Positions 29,131-43,252 are shown, counted from the first letter of the stretch. The stretch: 64,000 nt of DNA from Bigelowiella natans CCMP2755 (GCA_000320545.1 ADNK01003277.1:17912-81911); one strand, 5' to 3'. Notes: generated by a model from the letters alone, not told the origin. A program made the numbers and translations.

Positions 29131-29220
29131 TACGTTGGACTCAAATGATCGAAATAATCCAAGCGTGATACATGCATACAACGAATGTGAGGGCGTCGCC
29201 CGTTGTTGTTTTTCCGATGA

Positions 29221-30100
29221 TCATTGTGGGTTTATATCCTCTGACGGAAATTCCAATTCAGAGTCATCTACAAACGGCTTGGGAGTTGGAATTCCTGCAA
29301 AATTTAATTAGGATGAAAAAAAAAAATGATGGCAAGCTTGTGTCATTACCTAATTTCTTCAGAAGCTCATAGGCCTTTAAATCATTTTTGTGACCGCGCT
29401 GAAACAGATGCAACAATAATTGAGTTGGTTGCATTGTCACAGTAATATTCATTTTATTTAACAAAGCAGTCTATGAAGATAGAAGCTACTGTGTCAGCAC
29501 CGAATGTGAGAGAAATGGATGTGCTTTTGAATGCCGTTGGGGTTTTAGGTTTCAAACTTATTCTTATTTTGAAATTATTCCGGAACAATTGGTTTATCCC
29601 ACAAGTATGTAATCTCCCTTATTCCATCCAACAAGGAGAGACAAATATCATAGTAAATTTCATCTCTCTCGACTTTTTTGGTTGTAGTACGATAATGTTA
29701 CTACATGCAACAGCTTCTCCTATTCTAAACTACCTCATCTAATGTCTTGAGATTATCTAGAGCCGCCTTGATGTTGTTAAATTGACTACCAGATTCATCA
29801 CCTTCATCACGACGTTCGATTTCTGCTTAGTAATAGGTATAATAAATATCTAATTATTATGATGTTCTTGTGTATACATATAAATATGTATTAACTTTTC
29901 CCTATGTACATATGATTTTTGACCGAGAATAGCTTCATCGTCTTCTGGACTCAAAGTATTTCCTTCATCGTTTTCTAAACATCGTACGGAATAAGGAAAT
30001 CGATTTTTGATTATCGATAATGAAATATATAAATGTGAAGAATCAACTACCTTGCTTGACTTTCCGTTGGTACGTTTTTGCAGCTTTGATTCTCTCTAAA
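29221..30100 (-). CDS. Hypothetical multi-exon protein
   Basis: GT-AG bounded open segments: ..NRFPYSVRCLENDEGNTLSPEDDEAIL|EIERRDEGDE..DNLKTLDE|EKLLHVV..|RGHKNDLKAYELLKKL|GIPTPKPFVDDSELEFPSEDINPQ*. No family recognized. Confidence 0.4.
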
Positions 30101-30521
30101 GCACTAGTGGAGGGTAGATTAAGGAGTGAAATATAATCTGGAATACAAGTGGTAGTAGCTACGAAGGGTTACTACAAAACTTAAGTTTGCGAAATATCCG
30201 CCTATGAAATTCAAGGAGAAATGAGAACCACCTTTGGGAATTTGGTGTGGTGTCCATTCCGCTGCCAATACCTGAACGTAATATCATAACAATCGAATGT
30301 ACAGCAGGGTACACTACTTGTTTGCGGGGGTGCGGCAGATTAGCCTTAACTAAAAATAAAGCTCAATTATGGGCTAATTGTAATCACATTGGGCGATTGT
30401 GATGCAACGGCCATGATCTACTGATGAAAGCTAATGCCTTTATTTACGATGCTGTACATTCGATTGGACACATGCACTCATGCTACTACCACTATAAGTA
30501 CTGCTACTACATCTACTACCA

Positions 30522-30558
<37 letters not shown>

Positions 30559-30683
30559 GTAAACCTGAAACGGCAGGACGAGGTAGTATCAAATATCTTG
30601 AGGAGCCTACGGTCTTCGTTTTCAGATTCCTCGCAGCACGATTTCTTGCAAACCACCTTGAAATTGATATCTTATCTATCATC

Positions 30684-30735
<52 letters not shown>

Positions 30736-31429
30736 GTGGTATTAGTACAAAGTAGGTACCTGCAATCAGCAGCTGTTGAGATCGCCCGATTGCTCCTCCT
30801 AATGAATAGCTTGCTGCTGTGCTGGGTTGCAGCAGCCACAGGAGAAGAAGAGAAGAAACTACTACTTTCGCTTGAAACCAATAGGGATCCTACGGCTAAT
30901 ACTACTACAACTACTAAAACTGCTGCTGCTGTGGAGGAAAATAATAGTGTTTTCTTCTTTTTCCCAGTCCTCATTGTTGTTACAGGCGAATAACCTTGCT
31001 CACGATACGATGTATTCTACGGACGGCGGCTTCGTGTCCTGAAGCAGAATGAACTAGTCTATATCGTTTCTGATCTTTGTACGATCAATGTAGGCCGATA
31101 CTAATGACGAGGGTGCTTTTTTCTTCTTCTTTTTCTTCTTCTTCGTCTTCTTTCTTCTGTGGACGAGCTTCGAAGAGAGAGGGAGTGGTATTAGTAGTAG
31201 CGACCAAGTTGTAAATAGTACCGCATTTTCTTTCAATTCTCGGGATAATGAGATTGTCGCTCGTAGTGTTTCCAATGGATTTTTATGGTTTTCGGTTGTA
31301 CCGATTCTTCTCATTATCCGATTGTTAAGTTCGTTGTATTTTGAACTGAAGGAGGAGGAAGAGGAGGAGGAATAATAGAGGAACATCCCTCCCTTCAGCA
31401 AGAGACTTACTCACTAACTACCTGACTAC

Positions 31430-34321
31430 ATGGGAGGTCAGCACAATTTCTTTGGACAATTTGGTTCAAACCATTTGCTGGAGTAGATCATCTATGCATC
31501 TATCCTGTGTATTATGTGTTAGTAGTAGTAGTGGATGAGATAGCATCCTGTGTATTATTATAACTATTAATAACAATGGAATATGTGTGTAGCACGAAGT
31601 ACAAAGCCAGTAGTGGGTGAGATTTTCGAGCTACTGGACCCAAACAAATCTGGCTTCTTGGAACCGGGGGTTATTTTTCACATATTATTATGATCAAGAA
31701 CAAAATAATACTCGTATCAAAATTGATTATAGCTTCTACTATTGTTCTCCCTCACATTAATTTACAAAAGCACTACTCCTCATCACAAGTAGTACCTCAA
31801 CTCTTCAGGAATATACCCAGTTGGTGCACTTCATCCACCAGGACAAAGTGATATTACATCTAAGCTGCTGCTACGATTTATATAATCATTTTATAAAATC
31901 ATTCTTGGTCCATTGTTAATATGCACAGGCTCTGGAGTCGATAAAGTTTCCTGAACTGAAACAGATAGATATCGATGGAGATGAGAAAGTAGTACTCGAG
32001 TTTCCTAAACTGAAACAGATAGATATCGATGGAGATGAGAAAGTAGTAGTACTCGAGTGATCATTTTGAAATCAGTGTCGTAAGTCCTGTGGCAATTCAA
32101 AACTGATCTGGTTGCAAGATTCACGAACAAGTTCGAAGCTTCTTATAACCTTAATTGCTTGGCTAATTACTTCACAAAGGTTTCTTTGGAAGAGCTTTCT
32201 CAATTCTTCGCTAAAATAAAGGTCATGTACCATGGTACGGGCATTTTGGTTTTTGGCTGAGTAACTGACTGATTATCTGACTGATTGGTTGACTGATTGA
32301 CTGACTGACTGACTGGCATGCCCTGTTGTTGAAATTTCCCCCACCTAGATAGCGGAGCAGCAGTTGCTTTTAATGAAGGTGATGAGGGCTACAGTTAGGA
32401 TTAGGGTTAGGATTGGTGCAATAAAGAGGGTAAAGTTATTATAAGAAGAAAAGGCCATCTTCTTCTTCACAATAAGCATTGGAGTGAGTGAGTTGCTGCT
32501 GCTGGAAACATCAATTACGAATATTTTGTTCCTGTTGTGATTGTAGTTTTTGGTCCCATCATTATCGAAGCCATCCTTACTACACTTAAATTGTTTGATT
32601 GTAACACCAATTACATACAATTTACCAAATTTTTACTTTGAACTTTTGTGTGTGTTTCTTCCATTGTGACTCCATCCACTACCACTGCTAACATATCGTA
32701 ACATTTCATATTAGGAAGCCATCGTGAATGTGCTGGATGCTCCTTATGCAAATGAGTAAGTAGTAGGAAATATGGAATCATCATCATCGTCATCATCATC
32801 ATCATTATCATCACATGGTTTCTTTCATGACCTTCCCTTACTTACTGGTAAATAGATAATAGTACACTAATCAAAACCCTTCTTCCTCCTTTGAACAGAC
32901 CGAACCAATATGATAGCGGGGATGGTGAAGAAGAAGAAGACAGTGATGCTGATTTTAAGGCTCCTCACGAATATAGTATGACTATGCTTTACACCGTCGC
33001 CTTACAACATACAAATGTTTGTTGTACCACTACTACTCATCCGTTGTTTAAATTTGTACATTGCCATAGTTTTCCTTTTGTTTCTATCCCTTTTAAGCAA
33101 TAATAACTCAATGGCAATAAGATCTTCTAATCTATTGCACTATTCCTCCTCCTCCTCCTCCTCCCCCTCCTCCTCCTCATTATATTTTAGTCCGTATGTC
33201 CCCATCCCGTCTTTCAAATGCTTCTTTATTTACAGCTCAAGCGAAGGTATTATTATTTGGTCAATTAGTCAGTTGTTCACCATCATCACCATCATCATCA
33301 TCCTCTTCTCACGAATCACAACAGCACATGCACCATAATTGTAACTACAGATAAAAACCTATAAATTTAGCGCAAGTTATTGATACAAACCTATAACCTA
33401 TAAGTAACTCGTCCCCTTCCATATCAGCTAATAATTCCTATTATACTTGATATAGATTCATTTAAATTATGAGCAAAAGATATATGATGATGACCGAAGA
33501 GAAAAAATGTTGGCACTGAATAATGTTTGTGTCTTAATGCAACTCGCAAAGGAGGGTGATGATTATGATGGTCATACTGAAGATGGTGATGAGAAATCAA
33601 CCAATCTGGGAAAAGCAGCAGCAGCAGCAAAAAGAACAATCCCAAAGCAGAAAAGGAAGGAACATCATATAAGAAGTACAAAGGTAGTCTATCAAAGATA
33701 ATAATTGCTACCACTTACACAATTTGCAGAGAAACAGCATTTACTCACTGCAGATAGTTTTTAGTAATGGTGTGAATAATAATCAATCATCTTAGCGGTT
33801 TCTGTTGTTTTCTTCGCTTTATTTATCATGTGCGAGTAATTGTAAGAATGTAGTACCTATTATTGCAGTTGTCATATTCATTTTATGATTATTATTATTA
33901 TAATTATTATTATTTGACACACTACTACATATATAATACACAAGACCTTCATCACTTTTCTACACATTTAGGAGAAAAAGACAACAACTGGAAGCGACAG
34001 CAAAGACGATAGAGAAGGCTTTGTATGGCATGCTCAGGTTACTTACTTCCATGATGACGTAAAAATCTATATTTTGACTGTTGTGAGTACTCTTATGGTG
34101 TATGGTATTACCATATCGTCACAATCGTCATCATCAAAAAAAGTAATGCCGTCTACTACTGCTGCTGCTGCTACTATCACTCCTCTTTTTCTTCTTCTTA
34201 CAGATTCTTCAAGACAACTACAAAAATTCCAAACACTGTTTCCCATCTGGTCAACTTAAATTAAGACGACAAAGGCCACAGGTAGTACTACTTTTTGCTA
34301 CAGCAATGATAGAAGAAAGAT

Positions 34322-34359
<38 letters not shown>

Positions 34360-34632
34360 TAAAATTACTATGGTGAAGAAGGGTCAATATGCTCGAATGA
34401 AAGAAGAAGAATCCTTACTAACTAACTGGCAAACAAGATTATTCATAATGAAAAGGAGGGGGGGTTGTGAATGAACACTAACTCCGTAGCAGTAACGTTA
34501 TTAATTCAATGATTTTAGATAAAAGGGACGGATTTCTTTGCAAAATTAATGAGTGTTAAAGACCAAAAGAATGATAAAGAAGGAGGGGAATATTGGATCT
34601 TCAAGTCTCTTGACGGAGGCTTAAATGGGTGA
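31430..34632 (+). CDS. EF-hand calcium-binding protein with acidic/low-complexity C-terminal region (multi-exon)
   Basis: Exons give EIFELLDPNKSGFLEPG|EY.. and QIDIDGDEK|VSLEEL, two EF-hand loops. Start and end are uncertain. Confidence 0.6.
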
Positions 34633-34679
34633 TGAAGCAGCATGCCATGCTATTACAGGATAACAATGATAAACATTAG

Positions 34680-34697
34680 CCCTAACCCTAACCCTAA
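34680..34697. repeat. Short interstitial (CCCTAA)3 telomere-like repeat
   Basis: ccctaaccctaaccctaa. Confidence 0.5.
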
Positions 34698-34734
34698 TCC
34701 TTGAATATATTATGGAGGGAGGAAGGTTTTTGTT

Positions 34735-35289
34735 TTACTTACACAATTCCATCATCACTTTCTGTTTATGTGACTTTGCTAGACAGCAAGAAGCATGAAC
34801 AATGGCATTAGTTCTGAATAGATCATCATTACGTTTTAATATTAAAACAAAAGAAATTATAATAATAACAATCATATACCCATGTGTGCATGTGCTACTA
34901 CGATTGTATCTTTTTTTGAGGGGCAGGATGTATTCCACACACCACACGCACATACACACACGCACGCACATACACACACGCACGCACGCACGCACAGATG
35001 GGGAGGTCTCAATTACTTACAGCTGCGTTCCATTACCTACAAAGAAAAGTGAGGGTGCTAGTAAGAGAGTGTGGGATGAGCAGCAGCAAGAGTAGCATAT
35101 GTGAAATGGGAGGCAAGGCGCAAGGGAAAAAAAGATTTTTCAAATCAATAGTTTAGGCAATTCATATAATGCAAAGCGAAGAAAATGATGAATTCAATTA
35201 CAATCAGCAGAAAGAAGATGATATATTTTTGTTTAATTTCTAACAATTACTACTTAAGTCACATACAATATCTACCCTCAAATTTGCTC

Positions 35290-35336
<47 letters not shown>

Positions 35337-35869
35337 ATGGGGCTATGTGGTTTTCTCTGTTCTTTAGGGGAATGCTTGGTAATCGCATCATCCGTGCATG
35401 GGACAGGTGATGATGCATGCAAAAAACCTCCCATTGTTTAAGAGTATTAATATATTATTCTTTGAAGTAGAAATAGTAGTAGTAATAGTAGTTGTTGTTG
35501 GTAGTAATGCATGTTCCTGTGTGTGAGTGGCGTATACTTACCTTTTATAATAGTGATTGTGATATGATTGGTCAATCCCATCAATGTAGTTCCAATTATG
35601 CTGTAAAGAGGCGTTCTAGTCCTGCAAGAAGGTAATGCTTCCTGCTTCCATTTAATATATCTCATCTTGAGAAATAAATCAAAAGAATAAAATATTTTAT
35701 CAAATAAAAAATACAAAGGGTTAGTTAAAAAGTAAAATATTTTATCAAATAAAAAATACAATGGATTAAAATGACAAAAAAATTAACGAGCAACCTGCCT
35801 TACTACCGACCTGTTAGAAAATGTGGAGGATGATAAAAATTTCAAAAAAGTTCTAAAACAATTACAATG

Positions 35870-35911
<42 letters not shown>

Positions 35912-37403
35912 AAATTCGTTGCTCTATTGTCAAGGAGCATATGATTTGATTTTTCTTGGATTTTACGATGTAGGAAAAATAAAGGAAAGGCAAAAGTCAT
36001 CCAGGTACTTGTTTGATCTCCTGTGTCTGTATACGCAGCAGATAAAAAGTAACAAACAAAGATGCGTGGCGAAAACTTTAAAAAATATTCAAGTTATATT
36101 AGTGTCTGATAATGTTATAGTCACCTTCGTCAATATCGATCAAGGATAATATAATCGTTCCTCCCTCACTTGCTCACATATGATTAGATGAAAATGAGGT
36201 GTGGAGGGTTATGACCCACAACCTACTAATATCAGTTATAATAAAAAAGTTTCCCGTTGAAATCTTACCTTGATAGTAGAAATAAATTATAACTCGTATC
36301 AGTCACAACCACATCCTCCAACGCCAGAATTTCCAGTAGAAGCTGCAAAAAATGGTGATGCGTGAAGAATAAGTATGATATTACCACAAGAAGAAACGAA
36401 CAGCCAATTTTGATGGTTAATGTTGTTGTATTCTATTGCATAGTCAATTAGTAGTCCGCGCTCTTCGTCATCAAATTATGTAATACATAGTGTTGTGGTA
36501 TGGAATATTTAAAGTGATTATCCACAACTGCTCCATTTCCTCATTTTTATCCTCCTCTTCCTTCTTTAGGACTTTCTGTGAGAGCAACATTAGTATCGCC
36601 ATCGTGGTAATAGTAGTTGAAAGTGTGCATCTTTTTCATCGAAAGAGCAAACACACTTTATCTTCTACAATGCACAACACACGCACGCACGCACACACAC
36701 ACACACACACACAGTAATGATATGTTAATGATAGGAGCAAAAAGGGTTGGACCCAAGATTCTCCCGGTCACTTTTGGTGGTAATGATTGCTTTTTTTGCA
36801 CTAAAGATGATGAATAATATATATTTTGCGTACATTTTTTAATACAATAAGTTTTTTTGTAAGTTATTACAGCTACTACTATTTGATATGATATCATAAC
36901 AATTATCATCAGTATCATTATCACCACCACCATTCAATAGAATTTTTCGACATGAAGGTATTTTGCCTGTCGTGAGGCTTCGAAAAGGAGAGTAGGGTGA
37001 GAAATGGCAGTGAAATAAATTCATTACTTAAAATGAGAGAATAATATCTTATGGAGCGTTGAGGCAATAATTCCATATTACTATTCTTACATTAGCATTA
37101 TCTTTTGATGAGGAATATATGAAAGGCATTAATTAAATATGAGAACTAATGTTTTTTATCAAATGGCAATCCTTCTATGTCAACCAGTGATTTTAATTGA
37201 TTGAATAGCAACCTGTCTATGTTATTAAAAAGCATTGGAACAAAGATGATTCGAAATCTCCGAAAGTATGCCATTGTTGCGTGCAAATAGAAATTGAAAA
37301 TATAAAGTTTAAGAATAAATAGACGGCAGATATGCCATTACTGCTTGCAGCACATTATTCTTATCCATGTGAAGAGTAATATTCCCCCCTCCTCCCTTCG
37401 CTG

Positions 37404-37489
<86 letters not shown>

Positions 37490-37943
37490 AAATGTATGCA
37501 TCTGTCATCGTAGTCAACCGTACAAGGTTTTATTCCAACATCTATGTTCCTTAGTAGAATTAAAAATATCCTTATACCACCTGTCCTACTATACAATACC
37601 TCCCGATGTGCTACTCCTGCTGCATTATACACACAGCTATTTGATTCGGGAGCATGAAAGTGAGCCTATTGCCGTCCGAATTCACCATTTTGCTCACAGG
37701 TCAATAACGATGATAATAATAATAATAATATATGATAAAAATACGACGGAATCGGTTGTTTGAAACTAGAAAATGAAATTAATATTGGGAGGAGGGAAAG
37801 GGGGAGAGAACGAGAGGGATATAAGAAGAAGTTTGCTAAATAAGCATACATTCTGGTTCCAGTATATCAAGCACGAACTCTATTTTTTCTTAATTTTAGC
37901 TTTCCAATTAATCTCCACTGCGGCTCTGTGACCATTTCCGTTT

Positions 37944-38028
<85 letters not shown>

Positions 38029-38610
38029 AGGTTTTTATTGCTGGTTTGTATGTGTGTGTGTGTGTGTGTGTGAAATTGCATCGTGTACTGCATGATTTAG
38101 GTATTCTTATAAACGAGCGGAAACTATCAAGGATCAACTAGTATGTGATACAATGATTGTATTATGATACTGAAATGATGATACTGAAGTATAATTCAAA
38201 AGAAGGTGTAGAAGGGAAAAAAAAGAAAAACAAAAAAATGAGAGGAATCGAGGAGAGAAGATTACTATTCTTATATGATGCTGAAATAAATACATATACT
38301 TCTGCTTACGGGTGTTACCTTTTAGGTATACCATGCAGGAGTGCTGGTTGAGTGGGATCATCGACAGTGAGATGATTATAATTTGTAGATAATTGATACA
38401 AGAAGGATAAAAAGAGTCAGAGTTGGGGAACATACACCACATAGATGCTACATTATTGCCATTATTATGCCAATCTTACTAATGACGTCTTTACGGCATA
38501 ATAGTTCTATTTTGTAACAAATTTTTAACATAATAGATATTGTACGGTTTTTGAATTGGGCTTTCTCAATGGAGTCTCCGGATATGGAGGAAAGTCAGTT
38601 GTATCAGTAG
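34735..38610 (-). CDS. Probable hypothetical multi-exon gene (not resolved)
   Basis: Many short complex segments with minus-strand splice signals between microsatellite tracts (e.g. DTTDFPPYPETPLRKPNSKT, EFVLDILEPE, KMVNSDGNRLTFMLPNQIA). No family recognized. Confidence 0.25.
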
Positions 38611-38822
38611 TATTGCTGCAAATAGTAGCAGTAGTGGTGTAATGCATTAGTATTTTTTTCTACGGCCCTCGTATCTTCTATCAGCATTAATAATAAACAA
38701 CAATAAAATACACGTATTGCACACATGAAACCTCATACACTAATACATATGGGCACATAAAGTATGATATCTCAATCATAAAGTAAGTAGTGCATGACTA
38801 TTTGCACCATCACTGTTAATAG

Positions 38823-39910
38823 GTCGAATTGGGTGGTAGATAAAAATGCCAAACCACCTGGGCTGTACCGGGCGATGCCAGGATGTAAGGATTCCTGGGA
38901 TTTAATGAAAGAACTATAGTAGCAGTTGCATAAAATTATTCTTTTCCTATTAATGTAAGCATTTTGTAGAAGTGAAGGAAGAGAAGAGGAAATTAAAGAG
39001 TATTAGACAGAAGAAGAATCAAGACTGACGGACGTTGTATCCGACTCATATTTACTACTGATATTGTGAGTCTACTTGATCAAATTTTTGTGTACTACTC
39101 TGCTCTATATATCTTGGTTTCAATGTTGCAAAAATAGGCATGAAAACACCTTGGTTAACTGACAGGTAACTGAGGTTCATGGTTCTAGCAGCAGTACATA
39201 TGTTTTCCTTCTAATAAAAAATGGATATAAATAGTGCTACACTATTTCAAAATTAGTCTTAGTCGTTATCATTGGCAGGGCGGAAGTCAGAGCTGTAGAT
39301 CTACCAGTGAAGTCCAAAGAAGAGTTCGAAAACTATCTTAGAAAGGTATGCACATTACAGGACGAGAAAGAAGGGGAAATAAATGAACATACCAATACAA
39401 ACGCATATGCATATGCACATCTCTAAATTATCTGCTAAATCATTTTCCCCCCAGTATTCTGGTCGTGGTCTTCGTTTTATTGATCCGCAGGTGGGTATCA
39501 TAAGCTGGCTTAGAATGCCAAAGTACGCATCCTTGAGAAATTAGCTTTTGCTTTCAACATAAATTCAGATATCCGAATCCGCGAAGGTACGCTTGACTCA
39601 TAGGAAGCAATCGGACATAATGCGATATATTCTCAACTATATACTTTGCGACGGCAAGGTGATTTGATAGTATAATTTAAACGATCAAATGTTATTAAAA
39701 ACGGTAGCTCCTGCTAAAAGATAGTATAACAGTTTTTCGTATTTCCAATCATATTGGCATCTTTCTCTCCCTCCATCTCTCTCTTTTCCTATTTCCTCTC
39801 AAACATACATGTGCATGTGGCTTGTAGATGATTCTTGCATAATTTGCAAAAATATACTTATTAATTGTCACAATATCTTCAGTATGATGAGAACTTCAGA
39901 AACTGCCAAG
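38823..39910 (+). CDS. Hypothetical multi-exon protein
   Basis: AG/GT-bounded in-frame segments SNWVVDKNAKPPGLYRAMPG, AEVRAVDLPVKSKEEFENYLRK|YSGRGLRFIDPQ|ISESAK, YDENFRNCQ. Confidence 0.35.
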
Positions 39911-40299
39911 TAAGTACTGTCATTAGAGAAATTATGACATATTAAATTACCTAATTAATGTTGAATTAACAGGATTTTGCTGCTGATTTTTTCGGATTTC
40001 TCGCTGGACTTCCTCCTGATAAATGCAAGCCATTCCACGCACTGTGCCGATTGACTTACAAGCACAAGAAATATAATTTTCTATATGATCCAGATATTTG
40101 AGTTCAATAAACACGTAGCATCCCATGGCATTGTCATACTTAAATTGCGGCTGCTGCATTTTATTTGCCGATGATGGATTTCAACCAAATATTCTTGTCT
40201 GTCATATACACAGGACTAACTTCTCTCGCATTCGCATGAATGTCCAGCACTGTAGGCAAAATAACAGTGTGAAATTATGTCGAACAAGTGCGCTAACAA

Positions 40300-41050
40300 C
40301 AATGTAGGTACGTCACGCCTTGCCAAATAACCTAGGTTAGGATCATCTGCGCATGCATGATAACCACGACGGGCGTCCTGCTAACGTAGCGCAACTAGCC
40401 CAGCTACAGCATGTGCATCGCGCGCTCGATGACATGCGAGAGCGGAGACCTTTGTATCCGGCTAGCGAAGACTGCTACTAAATCACACTAGCACATGACT
40501 AATAGCTGTTGCACACGCATAGCGCATGCAACGTGCAAGGACTGAACCTCATTAGCTTCCATGAAAATGTGATTCGATGGCGCATCGCAGCAGTGCCAGC
40601 TCTTAGCGTCATGTTGCGCATGCATGAGTTTGACGTCATGTTGCCAGAGCAGCGAGCGCGGTCAGGCCGTGCTTCGCGGCACGCAGCGAAACATCTGAGA
40701 TGAGATCGCATGCTAACGTTCTAGCGTTGTGCTACAGCTGCTGCAATTATATATGTAGTGCACATGCATTTGCACAATGAACATGCGAGCAACAGCTCCA
40801 GGCTGGCGACCTACCTTGGCAAAGACTATTGCCAGCAGCAAGTGTACAATGGTGCACTCATGATCTAGCAGAATGTGTGAGAGCCCAACAGTTGCATGCA
40901 ATGCCTTGTGCCTTGTAATCATAGTCACACCTTAACAAATAAGCGCGTACGTTGCATTAGTAAGTGAGCACCGCATCGTATGCCAATGTAGACAGATAGA
41001 TGTGAAGGCAACTCAGTTTTCACAACTCCGCACCATTGTTTATGATGGCA
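40300..41050. other. TG/CA/CTAG-rich island downstream of the mannitol dehydrogenase-like gene
   Basis: gcatgcatg, tgcacatgcatttgcac and ctag words. GC is elevated relative to the flanks. Confidence 0.65.
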
Positions 41051-41215
41051 TGTCATGTGACTAATCACAGCTTAATCACTTTAATAATTTGTTTTAAAAC
41101 CATTTAACAAATGAATAAAAACTATATCTGCCTCATATCTTGGTACACTCGTCAAGAAACTGTACTGAGCATTTTTGTAGACTATTACAACTACGATTTA
41201 CGCACATCTACACAG

Positions 41216-42901
41216 TTATATTGATTTATTTGTACTCTGGGTTCCAAAAAGAGCTCTACGAATTGAAGTGAGGAAGTTCCATTTGTGCTGCTCCTTAGTT
41301 GGAGTTGCCAACGAGACACCACCACATCTTCTATGTTGATCTCTTTTCGCTTTTTCAGTTCTAATAGGTAGAGCCTCAGCAACGAGAGACTTCACAGCCT
41401 CATTGATGAATTCGAGGGTTAACGTTGGACGATCGGCATTACCTCTTGATGCAGCAGCAAGAACTGTCGATGGAGTCATCACCTTAGACTCTAGTCCACT
41501 GAGCACGTCGAGGACATTCTTAAGACGACCATCATACCTCTTTACAACCCCCCCACTTAACACTCGTCCTGTAGTATCAGGAACATGAGAAAATCTTTGT
41601 AATGTTGTCCATGCATAGTCTATTAGAGCGTCATAAGCATCATCCTCTGAAGTTGTATTATGGGCACTTTTAAGGGTGTCTATGTGGAATTCTTTTGAGA
41701 TAATGTAACATCTAGCCACCAGCCAGGCCCAAACTATTCTCTGCGTCTCTGCATTGGCTTGAGCGTAGTCGAGAAGTTTGAATGATCCAGGAAGATCCAT
41801 GCTTTCAAAAGACATTCTATGCTCTTTAGAAAATCTTAGTAGAGTGAGAAATGCTAAGGTGGTGTGGGTTCCATTGACGAGAAGAATTTTTCTTCGAGCA
41901 TAGTATTCCGCCTGATCAGCGGTGCTGGTTGTGACGATTGTGGGTCCTCCGAAAGGGAGAACATCCATCGCAGCATTAGATTCTTCAGATTCAAAATCAG
42001 AAGTAAATGTTTCGGTGTCAGAGGCGAGAAGAGGATTCCTCCGGCTGTCGCTCTCTTCCGATTCTGTCGTCGTCTCGATGGTAGACGCACGATCTATCCT
42101 TGTAACGGGAGTTTCAACCTCTTCTTTCCCTAACAAAGGCGGGAGGACTACAATCTGGCCCTTCCACGGCTCCGCCTTGATTTCTATGTTTCCATCACGG
42201 TTAATGATACGCTGAGAACATATTCTGTCCACCATGCAAGGAAGCACTGTGACACGGCCATCGAGCTCACGAGCCAGATTTTCAACAGCGGCGTGATCAT
42301 TCTCGCAAGCATACAGTTTAGGGGGGTTATTTCGCTTCGGTAAACGCCCAAGAATTACTTTAATCCCATCAAGCCCTTTGTTCAAACTGCATGAAAATGA
42401 TGTTGCCCGGCGTACAACTTCAAGCAAGGCTTTGCCAGTACTCGCAATGAAGAACGGACCTTCCCCTGTTTTCGCCTTCCCAATTTCTTTTCCGTGCAGA
42501 AAGCGCATATCTCTTCCTACGGTTTCGCCATTTACTTTAACCCTAATTCTCTTTACATCGTGTTTTATTAGATCCTGCCAAGATGAAGACGGGCGCTGTA
42601 CAATTGCATAGTCTATACAATTTGAAGCTTCGATTGCCTCCAAGAGCAATCCAAGTCCAAGTTTACCAGCTCCAAAGTGAAGATGGAGAGAATGGAGATG
42701 TGTAGACGATGTAGAAACTTCAAAACGCGGCATCATAGGTGTGACTTTGATTGGATTTCTTACAGAGGGGAGAGGACGCGTTTGGTTTTTGATCGGAAAT
42801 TCTTTCCCTCGGTTTTCATGAGTGGAGTACAGTAAGTCAGTGTCCGACCCAATATTTCTGCGAAAAGTAATATAATATGTGTTATTTATTGGGAGCGACA
42901 A
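41216..42901 (-). CDS. Mannitol-1-phosphate 5-dehydrogenase-like (mannitol dehydrogenase family), intronless ORF; first ATG at 42736
   Basis: LHFGAGKLGLG (cf. MtlD HFGAGNIGRG), YACEN, CMVDRI, RKILLVNGTH (cf. RKLFTLNTGH), RF..DTTGRV. The ORF-track start at 42901 is TTG. Confidence 0.85.
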   Translation of the reverse strand: MSLPINNTYYITFRRNIGSDTDLLYSTHENRGKEFPIKNQTRPLPSVRNPIKVTPMMPRFEVSTSSTHLHSLHLHFGAGKLGLGLLLEAIEASNCIDYAIVQRPSSSWQDLIKHDVKRIRVKVNGETVGRDMRFLHGKEIGKAKTGEGPFFIASTGKALLEVVRRATSFSCSLNKGLDGIKVILGRLPKRNNPPKLYACENDHAAVENLARELDGRVTVLPCMVDRICSQRIINRDGNIEIKAEPWKGQIVVLPPLLGKEEVETPVTRIDRASTIETTTESEESDSRRNPLLASDTETFTSDFESEESNAAMDVLPFGGPTIVTTSTADQAEYYARRKILLVNGTHTTLAFLTLLRFSKEHRMSFESMDLPGSFKLLDYAQANAETQRIVWAWLVARCYIISKEFHIDTLKSAHNTTSEDDAYDALIDYAWTTLQRFSHVPDTTGRVLSGGVVKRYDGRLKNVLDVLSGLESKVMTPSTVLAAASRGNADRPTLTLEFINEAVKSLVAEALPIRTEKAKRDQHRRCGGVSLATPTKEQHKWNFLTSIRRALFGTQSTNKSI

Positions 42902-42982
42902 CTGTAATTTGTTGACTTAGGGGGGAAAACTCATTGTGTTTTATTTTCGGAGAGAAGAAATTCGTGGTGATTCAAAATCTGT

Positions 42983-43252
42983 CACGTGAGGAAGATTCCA
43001 AATCGCGTGACCCGTTCAGCCCGTTCAAAAGAATTTTTGGATAAAATTACCTAATTCACTCCAAGTCACATGACGTGCACAGCAGCATTGTCCTGCAAAA
43101 GATGTTGCTTGTACAATATGAAATTTCGCACTATTTCTATGTCGCAGTGTTAAAAAATAATCGTTTTTGTGAGATAATAACTCCGGCACGTGATTTGCAA
43201 CGGATATTGCTGCGACAATGATATTTTGGCCTTTGTGGAATGAATTCACGTG
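42983..43252. promoter_or_regulatory. Cluster of three CACGTG (E/G-box) motifs in the divergent promoter
   Basis: CACGTG at 42983, 43187 and 43247, with related tgacgtg/gtcacatgac nearby. Confidence 0.4.

Noticed and set aside
29221-29400. Resemblance of DLKAYELLKKLGIP to the C-terminus of ribosomal protein uL5
   Set aside because: The upstream exons show no uL5 motifs, and the match is too short to support.
30560-31401. Possible additional minus-strand gene
   Set aside because: Exon-like segments exist, but no consistent reading frame or family could be assembled by eye.
34680-34697. Chromosome end or fusion scar
   Set aside because: Only three CCCTAA units, with no inverted partner or subtelomeric structure.
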